The notes below the pieces were generated by a model. It saw only the letters and a program-made list of their open reading frames with translations, was not told the DNA's origin and searched no databases. This document shows, in pieces, positions 17,627 through 26,143 of a DNA stretch of 64,000 nucleotides; position 1 is the stretch's first letter, and every line of letters begins with the position of its first letter. Location of the stretch: contig JAEUKY010000207.1 of assembly GCA_016794005.1 (NCBI GenBank), forward strand, positions 17,630 through 81,629, in the 5' to 3' direction. The DNA comes from Rhodospirillales bacterium. GTDB taxonomy: Bacteria; Pseudomonadota; Alphaproteobacteria; CACIAM-22H2. A program made the translations under genes and the position numbers.

Positions 17627-18865
17627 ATGAGCGTCCAGACACTATTCACGAATTTCTCGCTGCTCGAACCGACGTTCGGAGAGATTCGCGGCGGCTACCA
17701 GCTTCTCGTCGAGGACGACAAGATCAGGGAGCTTTCCGACAAGCCCATCAAGGCCAAGGATGCAGTCCGCGTCGACTGCGGCAAGCGCACGCTGATGCCC
17801 GGCCTGATCGACAGCCACGTGCATGCGATCCATTCGGAAGTGAACATCCGGTTCATGGAAAACCTGCCGCTGACGCTCGTCGCGGCCCGGGCCGCGACCC
17901 GGCTGACGGCGATGCTCAACCGCGGGTTCACGACCGTGCGCGACACCGGCGGGGCCGATTGGGGGATCAAGACGGCGATCGAGACCGGCCACATCGTCGG
18001 CCCGCGGCTGTTCATCGCCGGCCAGTCGATCGGCCCGACCGGCGGGCATTCGGACTCGCGCCGCCGCACCAGCTCCGGCGACGAGTGCATGTGCTGCAAC
18101 GGCCTGCAGTTCAAATCGGCGGTCGCCGACGGCGTCGACGAGGTCCGCAAAGTGGCGCGCGAGCAGATGCGCCAGGGCGCGGACCACGTGAAAATCATGA
18201 TGTCCGGCGGTGTGGCTTCGCCCTACGACCCGCTAGACAGCCTCCAGTTCTCCGACGGCGAGGTCAAGGCTGCGGTCGAAGAAGCGACGGCGTTCGGTCG
18301 CTATGTCTGCGCTCATGCCTACTCGGCCAAAGCGATCATCCGCGCTGCCAAGTTCGGCGTGCGGACCATCGAGCACGGCAACCTGATCGACGATACCGCC
18401 GCCAAGCTGATGGCGCAGAAGGACATGTTCCTCGTCGCAAATCTCGTGACCTACTACGCGATGAAGGAACGTGCCGCGAAGTGGGGCATGACGGCCGAAA
18501 GCCTCGAGAAGAACGAGATCGTGCTCCAAGGGGGCCTGAAATCGCTCGAGATCTGCAAGCGGCACGGCGTACCCGTGGCCTACGGCAGCGACCTTCTCGG
18601 CGAACTCCACTGGGACCAGTCGAACGAGTTCACGATCCGGCAGGCCGTGATGTCGCCGATCGAGATCATCCGTTCCGCAACCCTCATCGGTGCGGACGTA
18701 CTGCGGATGCCCGGCAAGGTCGGGACGCTGAAGGCCGGCGCCTTCGCCGACCTGATCGTGGTCGACGGAAATCCGCTCAAAAATCTTGCCTTGCTCGTCG
18801 ATCAGGGCAAGCATCTGTCCGCGATCATGAAGGGCGGAAAGTTCCACAAGAACCGCCTGAACTAG
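17627..18865 (+). CDS. Amidohydrolase-superfamily metallohydrolase (COG1228-like), copy 2
   Basis: 412-aa ORF, 12 nt after copy 1. Same motifs as copy 1. About 74 percent identical to copy 1 over 388 positions in my hand alignment. Confidence 0.9.
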   Translation: MSVQTLFTNFSLLEPTFGEIRGGYQLLVEDDKIRELSDKPIKAKDAVRVDCGKRTLMPGLIDSHVHAIHSEVNIRFMENLPLTLVAARAATRLTAMLNRGFTTVRDTGGADWGIKTAIETGHIVGPRLFIAGQSIGPTGGHSDSRRRTSSGDECMCCNGLQFKSAVADGVDEVRKVAREQMRQGADHVKIMMSGGVASPYDPLDSLQFSDGEVKAAVEEATAFGRYVCAHAYSAKAIIRAAKFGVRTIEHGNLIDDTAAKLMAQKDMFLVANLVTYYAMKERAAKWGMTAESLEKNEIVLQGGLKSLEICKRHGVPVAYGSDLLGELHWDQSNEFTIRQAVMSPIEIIRSATLIGADVLRMPGKVGTLKAGAFADLIVVDGNPLKNLALLVDQGKHLSAIMKGGKFHKNRLN

Positions 18866-18897
18866 GATCAGGTGGACAGAATGGCGGCTTGGAGAAC

Positions 18898-19719
18898 ATG
18901 ACAGGGCGGATCGGCATGCGGATGCTCGGCCGCCTCGCCCTGAACGGGGCCGCGACCCTGTCCATGGCTTACCTCCTGTTGCCCCTGTTCTTCGTAACCT
19001 GGCTTGCCTTCTTCGCGCAGGAAATCCCGTCCTTCCCGCCCGACGGCTATTCGCTGAAATGGTTCCGCGCCGTCCCGGGGAACGACCGGTTCGTTTCGGG
19101 ATTCATCCTAAGCCTTCAGGTCGCATCGATCGCCACGCTTCTCGGCATTTCCATCGGCGTGCCGGCGGCGGTCTGCCTTGTACGCATGAAATTCACGGGC
19201 CGCGAACTCGTCAGCAGTCTCCTGCTGCTACCGCTCGTCGTTCCCGGAATCGTGCTTGGCATCGCACTCTACGTCTTCCATGTCGAAACCGAGATCCTGA
19301 CGGAGATCCCGATCCTCGGCTCGATCGGCGGCCTGATCGCCGGGCACGTCCTCATCGTCATTCCATGGACGGTTCGCCTCGTCACGGCGAGCCTCGTCGG
19401 AATGGACCGTGCCATCGAGGAGGCCGCGCAGAGCCTGGGTGCGGACCGGTTCACGACGTTCCGGCGGATCACGCTTCCCTCGATCCTGCCCGGCATGGTC
19501 GCCGCCGCCATGTTCGGCTTTATCTCGTCGTTCGGAAATCTCGAGATGAGCCTGTTCCTGGTCGGGCCCGGCCGAACGACACTGCCGATCGCGATCCTCC
19601 AGTATCTCGAATGGAAGATCGATCCGACGATCGCGGCGGTCTCGGTCTTGCAAATCCTCTTCATCGGCGTGGCGATGCTGCTGACCGACCGGTTCGTAAA
19701 GATCAGCAGGGTGGTCTAG
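18898..19719 (+). CDS. Pot-type (spermidine/putrescine-like) ABC transporter permease, PotC-like
   Basis: Part of ORF 17959..19719. ATG at 18898 follows GGAGAAC. Conserved loop region (EEAAQSLGADRFTTFRRITLPSILPGMVAAAMFGF). Confidence 0.85.
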   Translation: MTGRIGMRMLGRLALNGAATLSMAYLLLPLFFVTWLAFFAQEIPSFPPDGYSLKWFRAVPGNDRFVSGFILSLQVASIATLLGISIGVPAAVCLVRMKFTGRELVSSLLLLPLVVPGIVLGIALYVFHVETEILTEIPILGSIGGLIAGHVLIVIPWTVRLVTASLVGMDRAIEEAAQSLGADRFTTFRRITLPSILPGMVAAAMFGFISSFGNLEMSLFLVGPGRTTLPIAILQYLEWKIDPTIAAVSVLQILFIGVAMLLTDRFVKISRVV

Positions 19720-19721
19720 GA

Positions 19722-20774
19722 ATGGCGCGGCTGCAGCTCACCAACGTGACGAAACGGTACGGCGAAATGAAAGCCGTCGATGACGTTTCGCTCGACGTCG
19801 CGAATGGAGAGTTCCTCGTCCTGCTCGGACCGTCCGGGTGCGGCAAGACCACGACACTCCGCACGATCGCCGGCTTCGTGGAACCGACATCCGGCTCCGT
19901 GCGGCTCGACGGCAAAGACGTCACCGATCTTCCGCCCTGGAAGCGGAACGCAGGCCTCGTGTTCCAGAGCTACGCCCTTTTCCCGCATCTGACGGTCAGC
20001 CAGAACGTCGCGTTCGGCCTGGAGATGCGCAAGATTCCGAAGGCGGACATGCCGGCGCGGATCGCCGAGGCGTTGCGCCTCGTGCGCCTCGACCATCTCG
20101 GCGAAAGGCTGCCGCGCCAGCTTTCCGGCGGACAGCAGCAGCGCGTCGCCCTCGCGCGTGCGCTGGTCTTTCGCCCCGACATCCTGTTGCTCGACGAGCC
20201 GCTTTCGAATCTCGACGCCAAGCTCCGCCAGGACGTTCGCGTCGAGATCCGGGAACTCCAGCGCAAGCTCGGCCTGACGACGGTCATGGTCACGCACGAT
20301 CAGGAGGAGGCGCTGACGATGGCCGACCGGCTCGTGGTGATGAGCGAGGGACGCATCCGGCAGATCGGCACACAGCACGATCTCTACGAGCGGCCGGCCG
20401 ACCGTTTCGTGGCGGATTTCGTCGGTCGTTCCAACTTCATCGACGGAACGATCGAGGCGCCCGGCCGTTTCCGATCCGGCGGTGGGCTGGAGATCGCCTG
20501 CGGCGAAGGCCGCACGGGAACCGCCACGCTGGCGCTGCGGCCGGAGCGAGTGGCCGTTCTCGGCAGCGATGCCGCCGCAACCGACAACCGCTTCGAAGGT
20601 CGGGTCGAGTTTCTGTCCTATCTTGGCGCCGCGATCGACCTGCATGTCCGGATTTCCCACGCCGAACGGGTGATCGTCCAACTGCCGAACCGGCCGGAGA
20701 ACGCTCCGCCGAAGATCGGCGACGCGGTCAATCTGGGGTGGAACCGGGAAACCGCACGCGTATTCCAGGACTGA
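19722..20774 (+). CDS. Pot-type ABC transporter ATP-binding protein, PotA-like
   Basis: Part of ORF 19059..20774, ATG at 19722. LLGPSGCGKTT, LSGGQQQRVALARAL, LLLDEPLSNLD. C-terminal TOBE-like regulatory domain. Confidence 0.9.
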   Translation: MARLQLTNVTKRYGEMKAVDDVSLDVANGEFLVLLGPSGCGKTTTLRTIAGFVEPTSGSVRLDGKDVTDLPPWKRNAGLVFQSYALFPHLTVSQNVAFGLEMRKIPKADMPARIAEALRLVRLDHLGERLPRQLSGGQQQRVALARALVFRPDILLLDEPLSNLDAKLRQDVRVEIRELQRKLGLTTVMVTHDQEEALTMADRLVVMSEGRIRQIGTQHDLYERPADRFVADFVGRSNFIDGTIEAPGRFRSGGGLEIACGEGRTGTATLALRPERVAVLGSDAAATDNRFEGRVEFLSYLGAAIDLHVRISHAERVIVQLPNRPENAPPKIGDAVNLGWNRETARVFQD

Positions 20775-20802
20775 TATCCAATCAACGCAAGGAGACAGAA
20801 GA

Positions 20803-21852
20803 ATGGAAAAATCGAACAGGATCTCCCGTCGCACCGTCCTCGCCAGTACCGCGGCAGCCGCCGGCGTATTGTCGCTTCCGACCGGCGTCCGCGCCCAATC
20901 GAAGGGCAAAGTCGTCGTCGGCACATGGGGCGGCGACTATGCCCGCCTGCTCAACAAGAACGTCGAACAGCCGATCCTGATCAAGGAAGGCTGGGAGGTC
21001 GTCCAGGATCAGGCCGGCGATCCTCAGCGCCGCTCCAAGATGCTCGCCGAGCAGCGACTGCCGCGCGGCACGACCGATCTCCAGGCGCTGTCGTCGATCA
21101 ACATGTTCCAGATGCACGATGCCGGAACCGTCCTGCCGATCGACTATTCCAAGCTCAAGAACGCCAAGAATCTGCTGCCGTCGATGAAGTATCCCTACGG
21201 CATCGGACACATCTACTCGGGCAAAGTCGCGGTCTACAATCCGAAGCTGATCGCTCCGGCGCCGACAAGCTACAAGACCGTGTTCGATCCGAAGCATGGC
21301 AACAAGCTCGGTATCATCGACATCCAGTACCAGTATACGATCGCGGCGGCGGCCCTCGCTGCCGGTGGTTCGATCACCAACTTCGAGCCCGGCAAGAAGC
21401 TGCTGCTGGAGTGCAAGAAGGCCGGCATGCGCATCTATCCGACGAACGAGGCCTTCGCGCAGGGCCTGCAGTCCGGCGAGTTCGGCATCGGCGTGATGTG
21501 GAAGGCCCGCGTCGTCCAGTGGCAGAACGCCAACATCAGCGTCGAGGCCGTGGCTCCGTCGGAAGGCACGCTCGCCTACATCTCCGGCTTCGTGATCCCG
21601 AAGAACGCACCGAACAAGGACGGCGCCTACGCCTATCTCGATGCGATGCTCGCCAAGGAAGCGCAGGACAACTTCGCGATCGACATGGGCTACAACCCGA
21701 CCGTCACCAACGCGGTCGTATCGCCCGAGCTCAATAAGCGCATCGGCTTTACGCCCGAAGAGATCAAGAAGATCGTCGATCTTGACTACGAGTACATGAC
21801 CAAGAACGACGTCGCCCTCAAGGAGTGGTGGGACAAGGAACTGAAGGGCTGA
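20803..21852 (+). CDS. Pot-type ABC transporter substrate-binding protein (family 1, PotD/PotF-like)
   Basis: 349-aa ORF after AAGGAGA. RR signal (ISRRTVLASTAAAAGVLSLPTGVRAQ). Motif VVGTWGGDYARLL. Confidence 0.85.
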   Translation: MEKSNRISRRTVLASTAAAAGVLSLPTGVRAQSKGKVVVGTWGGDYARLLNKNVEQPILIKEGWEVVQDQAGDPQRRSKMLAEQRLPRGTTDLQALSSINMFQMHDAGTVLPIDYSKLKNAKNLLPSMKYPYGIGHIYSGKVAVYNPKLIAPAPTSYKTVFDPKHGNKLGIIDIQYQYTIAAAALAAGGSITNFEPGKKLLLECKKAGMRIYPTNEAFAQGLQSGEFGIGVMWKARVVQWQNANISVEAVAPSEGTLAYISGFVIPKNAPNKDGAYAYLDAMLAKEAQDNFAIDMGYNPTVTNAVVSPELNKRIGFTPEEIKKIVDLDYEYMTKNDVALKEWWDKELKG

Positions 21853-21860
21853 CGCGCAGG

Positions 21861-22745
21861 ATGGCTCTAGCAAAGGCAGCGGGACAGCGGGACGAGGACG
21901 GGAGGACGTCGATCCTCTCGGCCTCGACTCTCGTCGGGCCGGCGACGATCTTCGTCTGCGCCGGCCTCCTGCTCCCGTTGCTGATCCTTTTCCGCTATAG
22001 CCTGAACCGGTTCGAGCCACGCCGGATGATGGTCGAGGCGCTCTCGGCCGAGAACTATCTGAAATTCTTCTCAGATCCCTACTACACCGGAATCTTCTGG
22101 ACGACGCTCTACGTCGCCGGTCTCTGCACGGTCATCTGTCTCGTCCTCGGCTTGCCGTTGGCCTACGCGCTGGCGCGCACGCAGACGCGCTTCAAGAACA
22201 TCCTGATCGTCCTCGTGGTGCTCCCGCTGTTCGTCGGCAATGCCGTACGGGCGGCAGGATGGATGACGCTGCTCGGAAACAAGGGCTTTCTCAACGTCAC
22301 GCTGATGGACCTCGGCATCATCGATGCGCCCATGCAGATGATGTTCACCGAAGGGGCCGTCATTGTCGGCATCGTCGCAGTCAATCTTCCCTACATGGTC
22401 CTGACCCTCCAGAGCGTCATCGAAGGCATCAACCGGGCGCTCGAAGAAGCGGCGTTCAGCCTCGGTGCCGGACCTTACGAGATGACCCGGCGCGTGCTCC
22501 TGCCGCTCGCCCTGCCGGGCCTGCTGGCAGGCACGATCCTGACCTTCATCCTCGGTATGAACGCCTATGCCACGCCCGTGCTGCTCGGCGGACCGAAATT
22601 CAAGATGATGGGGCCGCTCGTGTTCGGGCAGTTCCAACTCAACAACTGGCCGTTCGGCGCTGCGACGGCATTCATCCTGATGTCGGCGACGCTAGTTCTC
22701 ACGGCAACGGCGAATATCCTGGTCCAACGGCGCTACCGGCGCTGA
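21861..22745 (+). CDS. Pot-type ABC transporter permease, PotB-like
   Basis: ORF 21825..22745 trimmed to the ATG at 21861. Conserved loop (EEAAFSLGAGPYEMTRRVLLPLALPGLLAG). Confidence 0.85.
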   Translation: MALAKAAGQRDEDGRTSILSASTLVGPATIFVCAGLLLPLLILFRYSLNRFEPRRMMVEALSAENYLKFFSDPYYTGIFWTTLYVAGLCTVICLVLGLPLAYALARTQTRFKNILIVLVVLPLFVGNAVRAAGWMTLLGNKGFLNVTLMDLGIIDAPMQMMFTEGAVIVGIVAVNLPYMVLTLQSVIEGINRALEEAAFSLGAGPYEMTRRVLLPLALPGLLAGTILTFILGMNAYATPVLLGGPKFKMMGPLVFGQFQLNNWPFGAATAFILMSATLVLTATANILVQRRYRR

Positions 22746-22763
22746 CCACACGGAGACGGAACG

Positions 22764-23984
22764 ATGACGATCGGCGTAGGCGGCTCGACCGCGGAGAAGG
22801 AACTTGCGGCACTGACGAACATGCGCGGCAGCGTGCCGCCGATCGGCGTGGACGAGCGTCTGCGGCGGATCGACAAGGCCCAACGCCTGATGCGCGAGCA
22901 AGGCATCGACGCGCTTTGGCTGGACGTATCCTCCAGCCTGACCTACTTCACCGGCCTCAAGATGCGTCGTACCGAGCGTGCCCACGGCGCCGTTCTGCCG
23001 GCGCACGGCGATATCGTCTATCTCTCCCCCGCCTTCGAGGTCGAGAAGCTCCGGACGATGATCACGTTCGGCGACAAGATCGCACAGTGGGAAGAGGACG
23101 AGGATCCGACGGCCCTGGTCATCGATACGGTCCGCTCCCTCGGAATCGGCAAGGGTACCATCGGCATTGACGAAGCCACGCCATTCTTCACCTTCGACGG
23201 CCTGCGACGTGCAGGCAACGCGTTCACCTTCGCGAACGCGGTCGACGTCACGGCCGGCTGCCGGTCGACGAAATCCGATCACGAGCTTGCGCTGATGCAG
23301 ACCGCAAAGAACATCACGCTCGCCGCCCACAAGGCGGCGGCCCGCATCATGCGAGAAGGCATCACGACGACGGAGGTCCAGGCCTTCATCGTGGCCGCCC
23401 ACCGCAAGCTCGGCTCCGAAGGCGATCCGCCGTTCAACGCAGTCCTGTTCGGCGAAGCGACCGCCTACCCGCACGGCGTTCCCTATCCGCAGGTACTGAA
23501 GGATGGCGACATGATCCTGATCGATACCGGTGCTCCGATCGACGGGTACATGTCCGACATCACCCGCTCGTACGTGTTCGGCACGCCTTCCAAGCGCCAG
23601 CGCGACGTATGGAATCTCGAGAAGGAAGCCCAGGCTGCGGCATTCAGGGCCGCGAAACCCGGTAACCGCTGCGAAGACATCGACATCGCCGCGCGCGCCG
23701 TCATCACGGGCGGCGGCTTCGGCCCGGGATACGCCACGCCGGGCCTGCCGCACCGGACCGGTCACGGGATCGGCCTTGACGTGCACGAATGGCCCTACCT
23801 CGTGAAGGGCGACAGAACGATCCTTCGCCCCGGCATGACGTTCTCGAACGAACCGACGATCTGCATCTACGGCGAATTCGGAATCAGGCTGGAAGATCAC
23901 ATGTACATCACGGAGAAAGGCGCCAACTGGTTCACCCAACCGGCGCATTCGGTCGACGATCCTTTCGGACAGGATGTCGGCTGA
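22764..23984 (+). CDS. M24-family metallopeptidase (Xaa-Pro dipeptidase / aminopeptidase P-like)
   Basis: 406-aa ORF. Creatinase/prolidase-type N-domain plus a pita-bread domain. All five metal-ligand contexts are present (LIDTG, MSDITR, GHGIGLDVHE, FSNEP, IRLEDH). Confidence 0.9.
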   Translation: MTIGVGGSTAEKELAALTNMRGSVPPIGVDERLRRIDKAQRLMREQGIDALWLDVSSSLTYFTGLKMRRTERAHGAVLPAHGDIVYLSPAFEVEKLRTMITFGDKIAQWEEDEDPTALVIDTVRSLGIGKGTIGIDEATPFFTFDGLRRAGNAFTFANAVDVTAGCRSTKSDHELALMQTAKNITLAAHKAAARIMREGITTTEVQAFIVAAHRKLGSEGDPPFNAVLFGEATAYPHGVPYPQVLKDGDMILIDTGAPIDGYMSDITRSYVFGTPSKRQRDVWNLEKEAQAAAFRAAKPGNRCEDIDIAARAVITGGGFGPGYATPGLPHRTGHGIGLDVHEWPYLVKGDRTILRPGMTFSNEPTICIYGEFGIRLEDHMYITEKGANWFTQPAHSVDDPFGQDVG

Positions 23985-24038
23985 ACGGGGAATAGACTAA
24001 AAGACCAAGACAAAGAAAAGCTCGTCGGGAGAAGCCAA

Positions 24039-25214
24039 GTGAAGTCGAAGCAGCATGCTGCGGTCCTGCCGCCTGTCCGGATCACGCGTATCGAAGCGGC
24101 ACCCCTCTTCGGCGAAAGTCCGAAGGGCGGCTGGTCGGCCGAGATCCGCCCGCAGGATTCGATCCACGCGATAGTCGCGGTCCACACCGACCAGGGGATC
24201 ACCGGTTACGGCAGCGTGTTCACCGACGGGCGGCTGGTCCAGGCGGCGCTGAAGGTTCTCGAACCCCTCTTTGCCGGCGAAAACGCGCTTGAACCCGAGC
24301 GGGTGACCGAGAAGCTCCACCAGAACACGTTCTGGATGGGACGCGGCGGCACGCTCACGCACGCGATCAGCGGTATCGACATCGCGCTCTGGGACATTCT
24401 CGGCAAGGCGACCGGCATGAGCGTGGGACGATTGCTCGGCGGCGTCTACCGCAACCGGGTCCAGCCCTATTGCTCGCTGCTGATGGAAGAGCCGAAGGCG
24501 ATGCACGACGTGATCGCCTCGTTCCGGGCGAAGGGCTTCACGGCCTTCAAGATCGGTTGGGGACCCTTCGGACGCGGGCTCGACACCAAGCTCGACGAAG
24601 CGATCGTGCGCGCGGCACGCGAGGCCGCCGGCGAGAAGTCCCGGCTGTTCGTCGATGCCGGTGCGAGCGATGCGCACTGGCCGCTCGGCTTCAAGTGGGC
24701 CAAGCGGACCGCCGAAATGCTCAAGGATTACGACGTGGGCTGGTTCGAAGAGCCCGTGAAGCCGGACGCGATCGAAGAGTACGCGGAGTTGCGGCGCTGC
24801 TCGCCCGTACCGATCGCCGGATGCGAGGTTCTTACCCGCCGTCAGGCCTTTATCCCGTGGCTCACGCGCGGAGCGGTCGACATCGTGCAACCCGACGTGA
24901 CGAAGGTCGGCGGCATTTCCGAACAGCGCCGGATCGCATGGATGGCGTACGACTTCGGCGTCAAGTATATCGGGCACGGCTGGAACACAGCACTTGGCGT
25001 TGCCGCGGACCTGCAGATGGCTTCCGCCTTCCCCGACGTCGATCTGGTCGAGTTCATCGGCGGCAGCGCCTATGTCGACGGGATTCTCGCCGAGCCTTTC
25101 GTTCTCGACCAGGAAGGCTGGCTTTCGATACCGGACCGGCCGGGCCTCGGGGTCGGAATCGATCGCGACAAGCTCGCCCGTTATACTCCGGATCCGGCAC
25201 CTCTGTTCGCCTGA
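24039..25214 (+). CDS. Enolase-superfamily enzyme (mandelate racemase / muconate lactonizing enzyme family)
   Basis: 391-aa ORF starting at GTG 24039 after GGGAGAAG. ITRIEAAPLF N-terminus, metal-ligand contexts FVDAGAS, WFEEP, IAGCE, and IVQPDVTKVGG. Confidence 0.9.
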   Translation: MKSKQHAAVLPPVRITRIEAAPLFGESPKGGWSAEIRPQDSIHAIVAVHTDQGITGYGSVFTDGRLVQAALKVLEPLFAGENALEPERVTEKLHQNTFWMGRGGTLTHAISGIDIALWDILGKATGMSVGRLLGGVYRNRVQPYCSLLMEEPKAMHDVIASFRAKGFTAFKIGWGPFGRGLDTKLDEAIVRAAREAAGEKSRLFVDAGASDAHWPLGFKWAKRTAEMLKDYDVGWFEEPVKPDAIEEYAELRRCSPVPIAGCEVLTRRQAFIPWLTRGAVDIVQPDVTKVGGISEQRRIAWMAYDFGVKYIGHGWNTALGVAADLQMASAFPDVDLVEFIGGSAYVDGILAEPFVLDQEGWLSIPDRPGLGVGIDRDKLARYTPDPAPLFA

Positions 25215-25246
25215 CAGCCACGCCCATCCATATGCGGAGACACTCC

Positions 25247-26134
25247 ATGGCCACGACCGAAGCAGTTCTCGATACCGACAGCGCGTCGCTCGAAGCCGTT
25301 TCAGCCTACCGGCGCGATGGCTATATCGTCGTCCGGAACCTGATCGGCCCGAAGCTTATCGAGGCCTGCGTCGACGGGATCTCCGGGCTTGCAAGCGGAC
25401 GGATTGCACGGAAGACGACCGAAATCGCCTTCGAGCCCGGCGTCGATCCGAGCCGCTTGCGCCCCGAGGACCGGGAGGACCATATCCGCAAGTTCGCCTG
25501 GTACGTGGACGACTCCCCGCCTCTCTACGCTGCAGCCATGTCGCGGCGGCTCCATGCCCTGCTGGACCGCATACTCGGCACCGGTCGCGTCCTTTTCCAG
25601 GATATGGCGCTGATCAAGCCGCCGAAGATCGGCGGCGCAAAGCGCTGGCATCAGGATGCGTCCTATTTCCGCGTCAGCGATCCTGGCCTGATCGTCGGAG
25701 TCTGGATCGCCCTCGACGAAGCGACCACGGAAAACGGCTGCATGGAAGTCATCCCCGGCTCGCACCTTGCGGGCCCCGCCGTCCACCTGCCCGAGCTCGA
25801 CGTCAACGAATGCACGATTCGGCCTGATCTCCTGCGCCTGCAGGATCGCAAGCCGATCGAACTGCGGCCCGGCGACGCGCTGGTGTTCCACTCCCTGCTC
25901 CACCATTACACGGCGCCCAACCGCTCTCCCTATCGCCGCCGCGCGGTCCAGTTCCACTATCATCAGGTCGGCATGCAGTGGACGTCGCTGGAGGAGCACC
26001 GCCGGGCGTTCCACGACGAGACGGGCGCCTATGCCGGCTGCACGGTCCAGAAGGGTCCGGTGCCAGCAGGCAAAGAATTCAACTATGTGGGCGGCGGCAG
26101 AATCCACGACGTCCGGCCGACGGATTGGAACTGA
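25247..26134 (+). CDS. Phytanoyl-CoA dioxygenase (PhyH) family Fe(II)/2-oxoglutarate-dependent oxygenase
   Basis: Part of ORF 24470..26134. ATG at 25247 follows GGAGA. HxD facial-triad context (KRWHQDASYF) and a distal His region (LVFHSLLHHYTAPN). Confidence 0.85.
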   Translation: MATTEAVLDTDSASLEAVSAYRRDGYIVVRNLIGPKLIEACVDGISGLASGRIARKTTEIAFEPGVDPSRLRPEDREDHIRKFAWYVDDSPPLYAAAMSRRLHALLDRILGTGRVLFQDMALIKPPKIGGAKRWHQDASYFRVSDPGLIVGVWIALDEATTENGCMEVIPGSHLAGPAVHLPELDVNECTIRPDLLRLQDRKPIELRPGDALVFHSLLHHYTAPNRSPYRRRAVQFHYHQVGMQWTSLEEHRRAFHDETGAYAGCTVQKGPVPAGKEFNYVGGGRIHDVRPTDWN

Positions 26135-26143
26135 ACGTCGGCC
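26115..26143. terminator. Stem-loop at a convergent gene junction
   Basis: GGCCGACG (26115-26122) pairs with CGTCGGCC (26136-26143), with a 13-nt loop. It spans the PhyH stop codon and ends 1 nt before the oppF-like stop. No U-tract. Confidence 0.25.
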
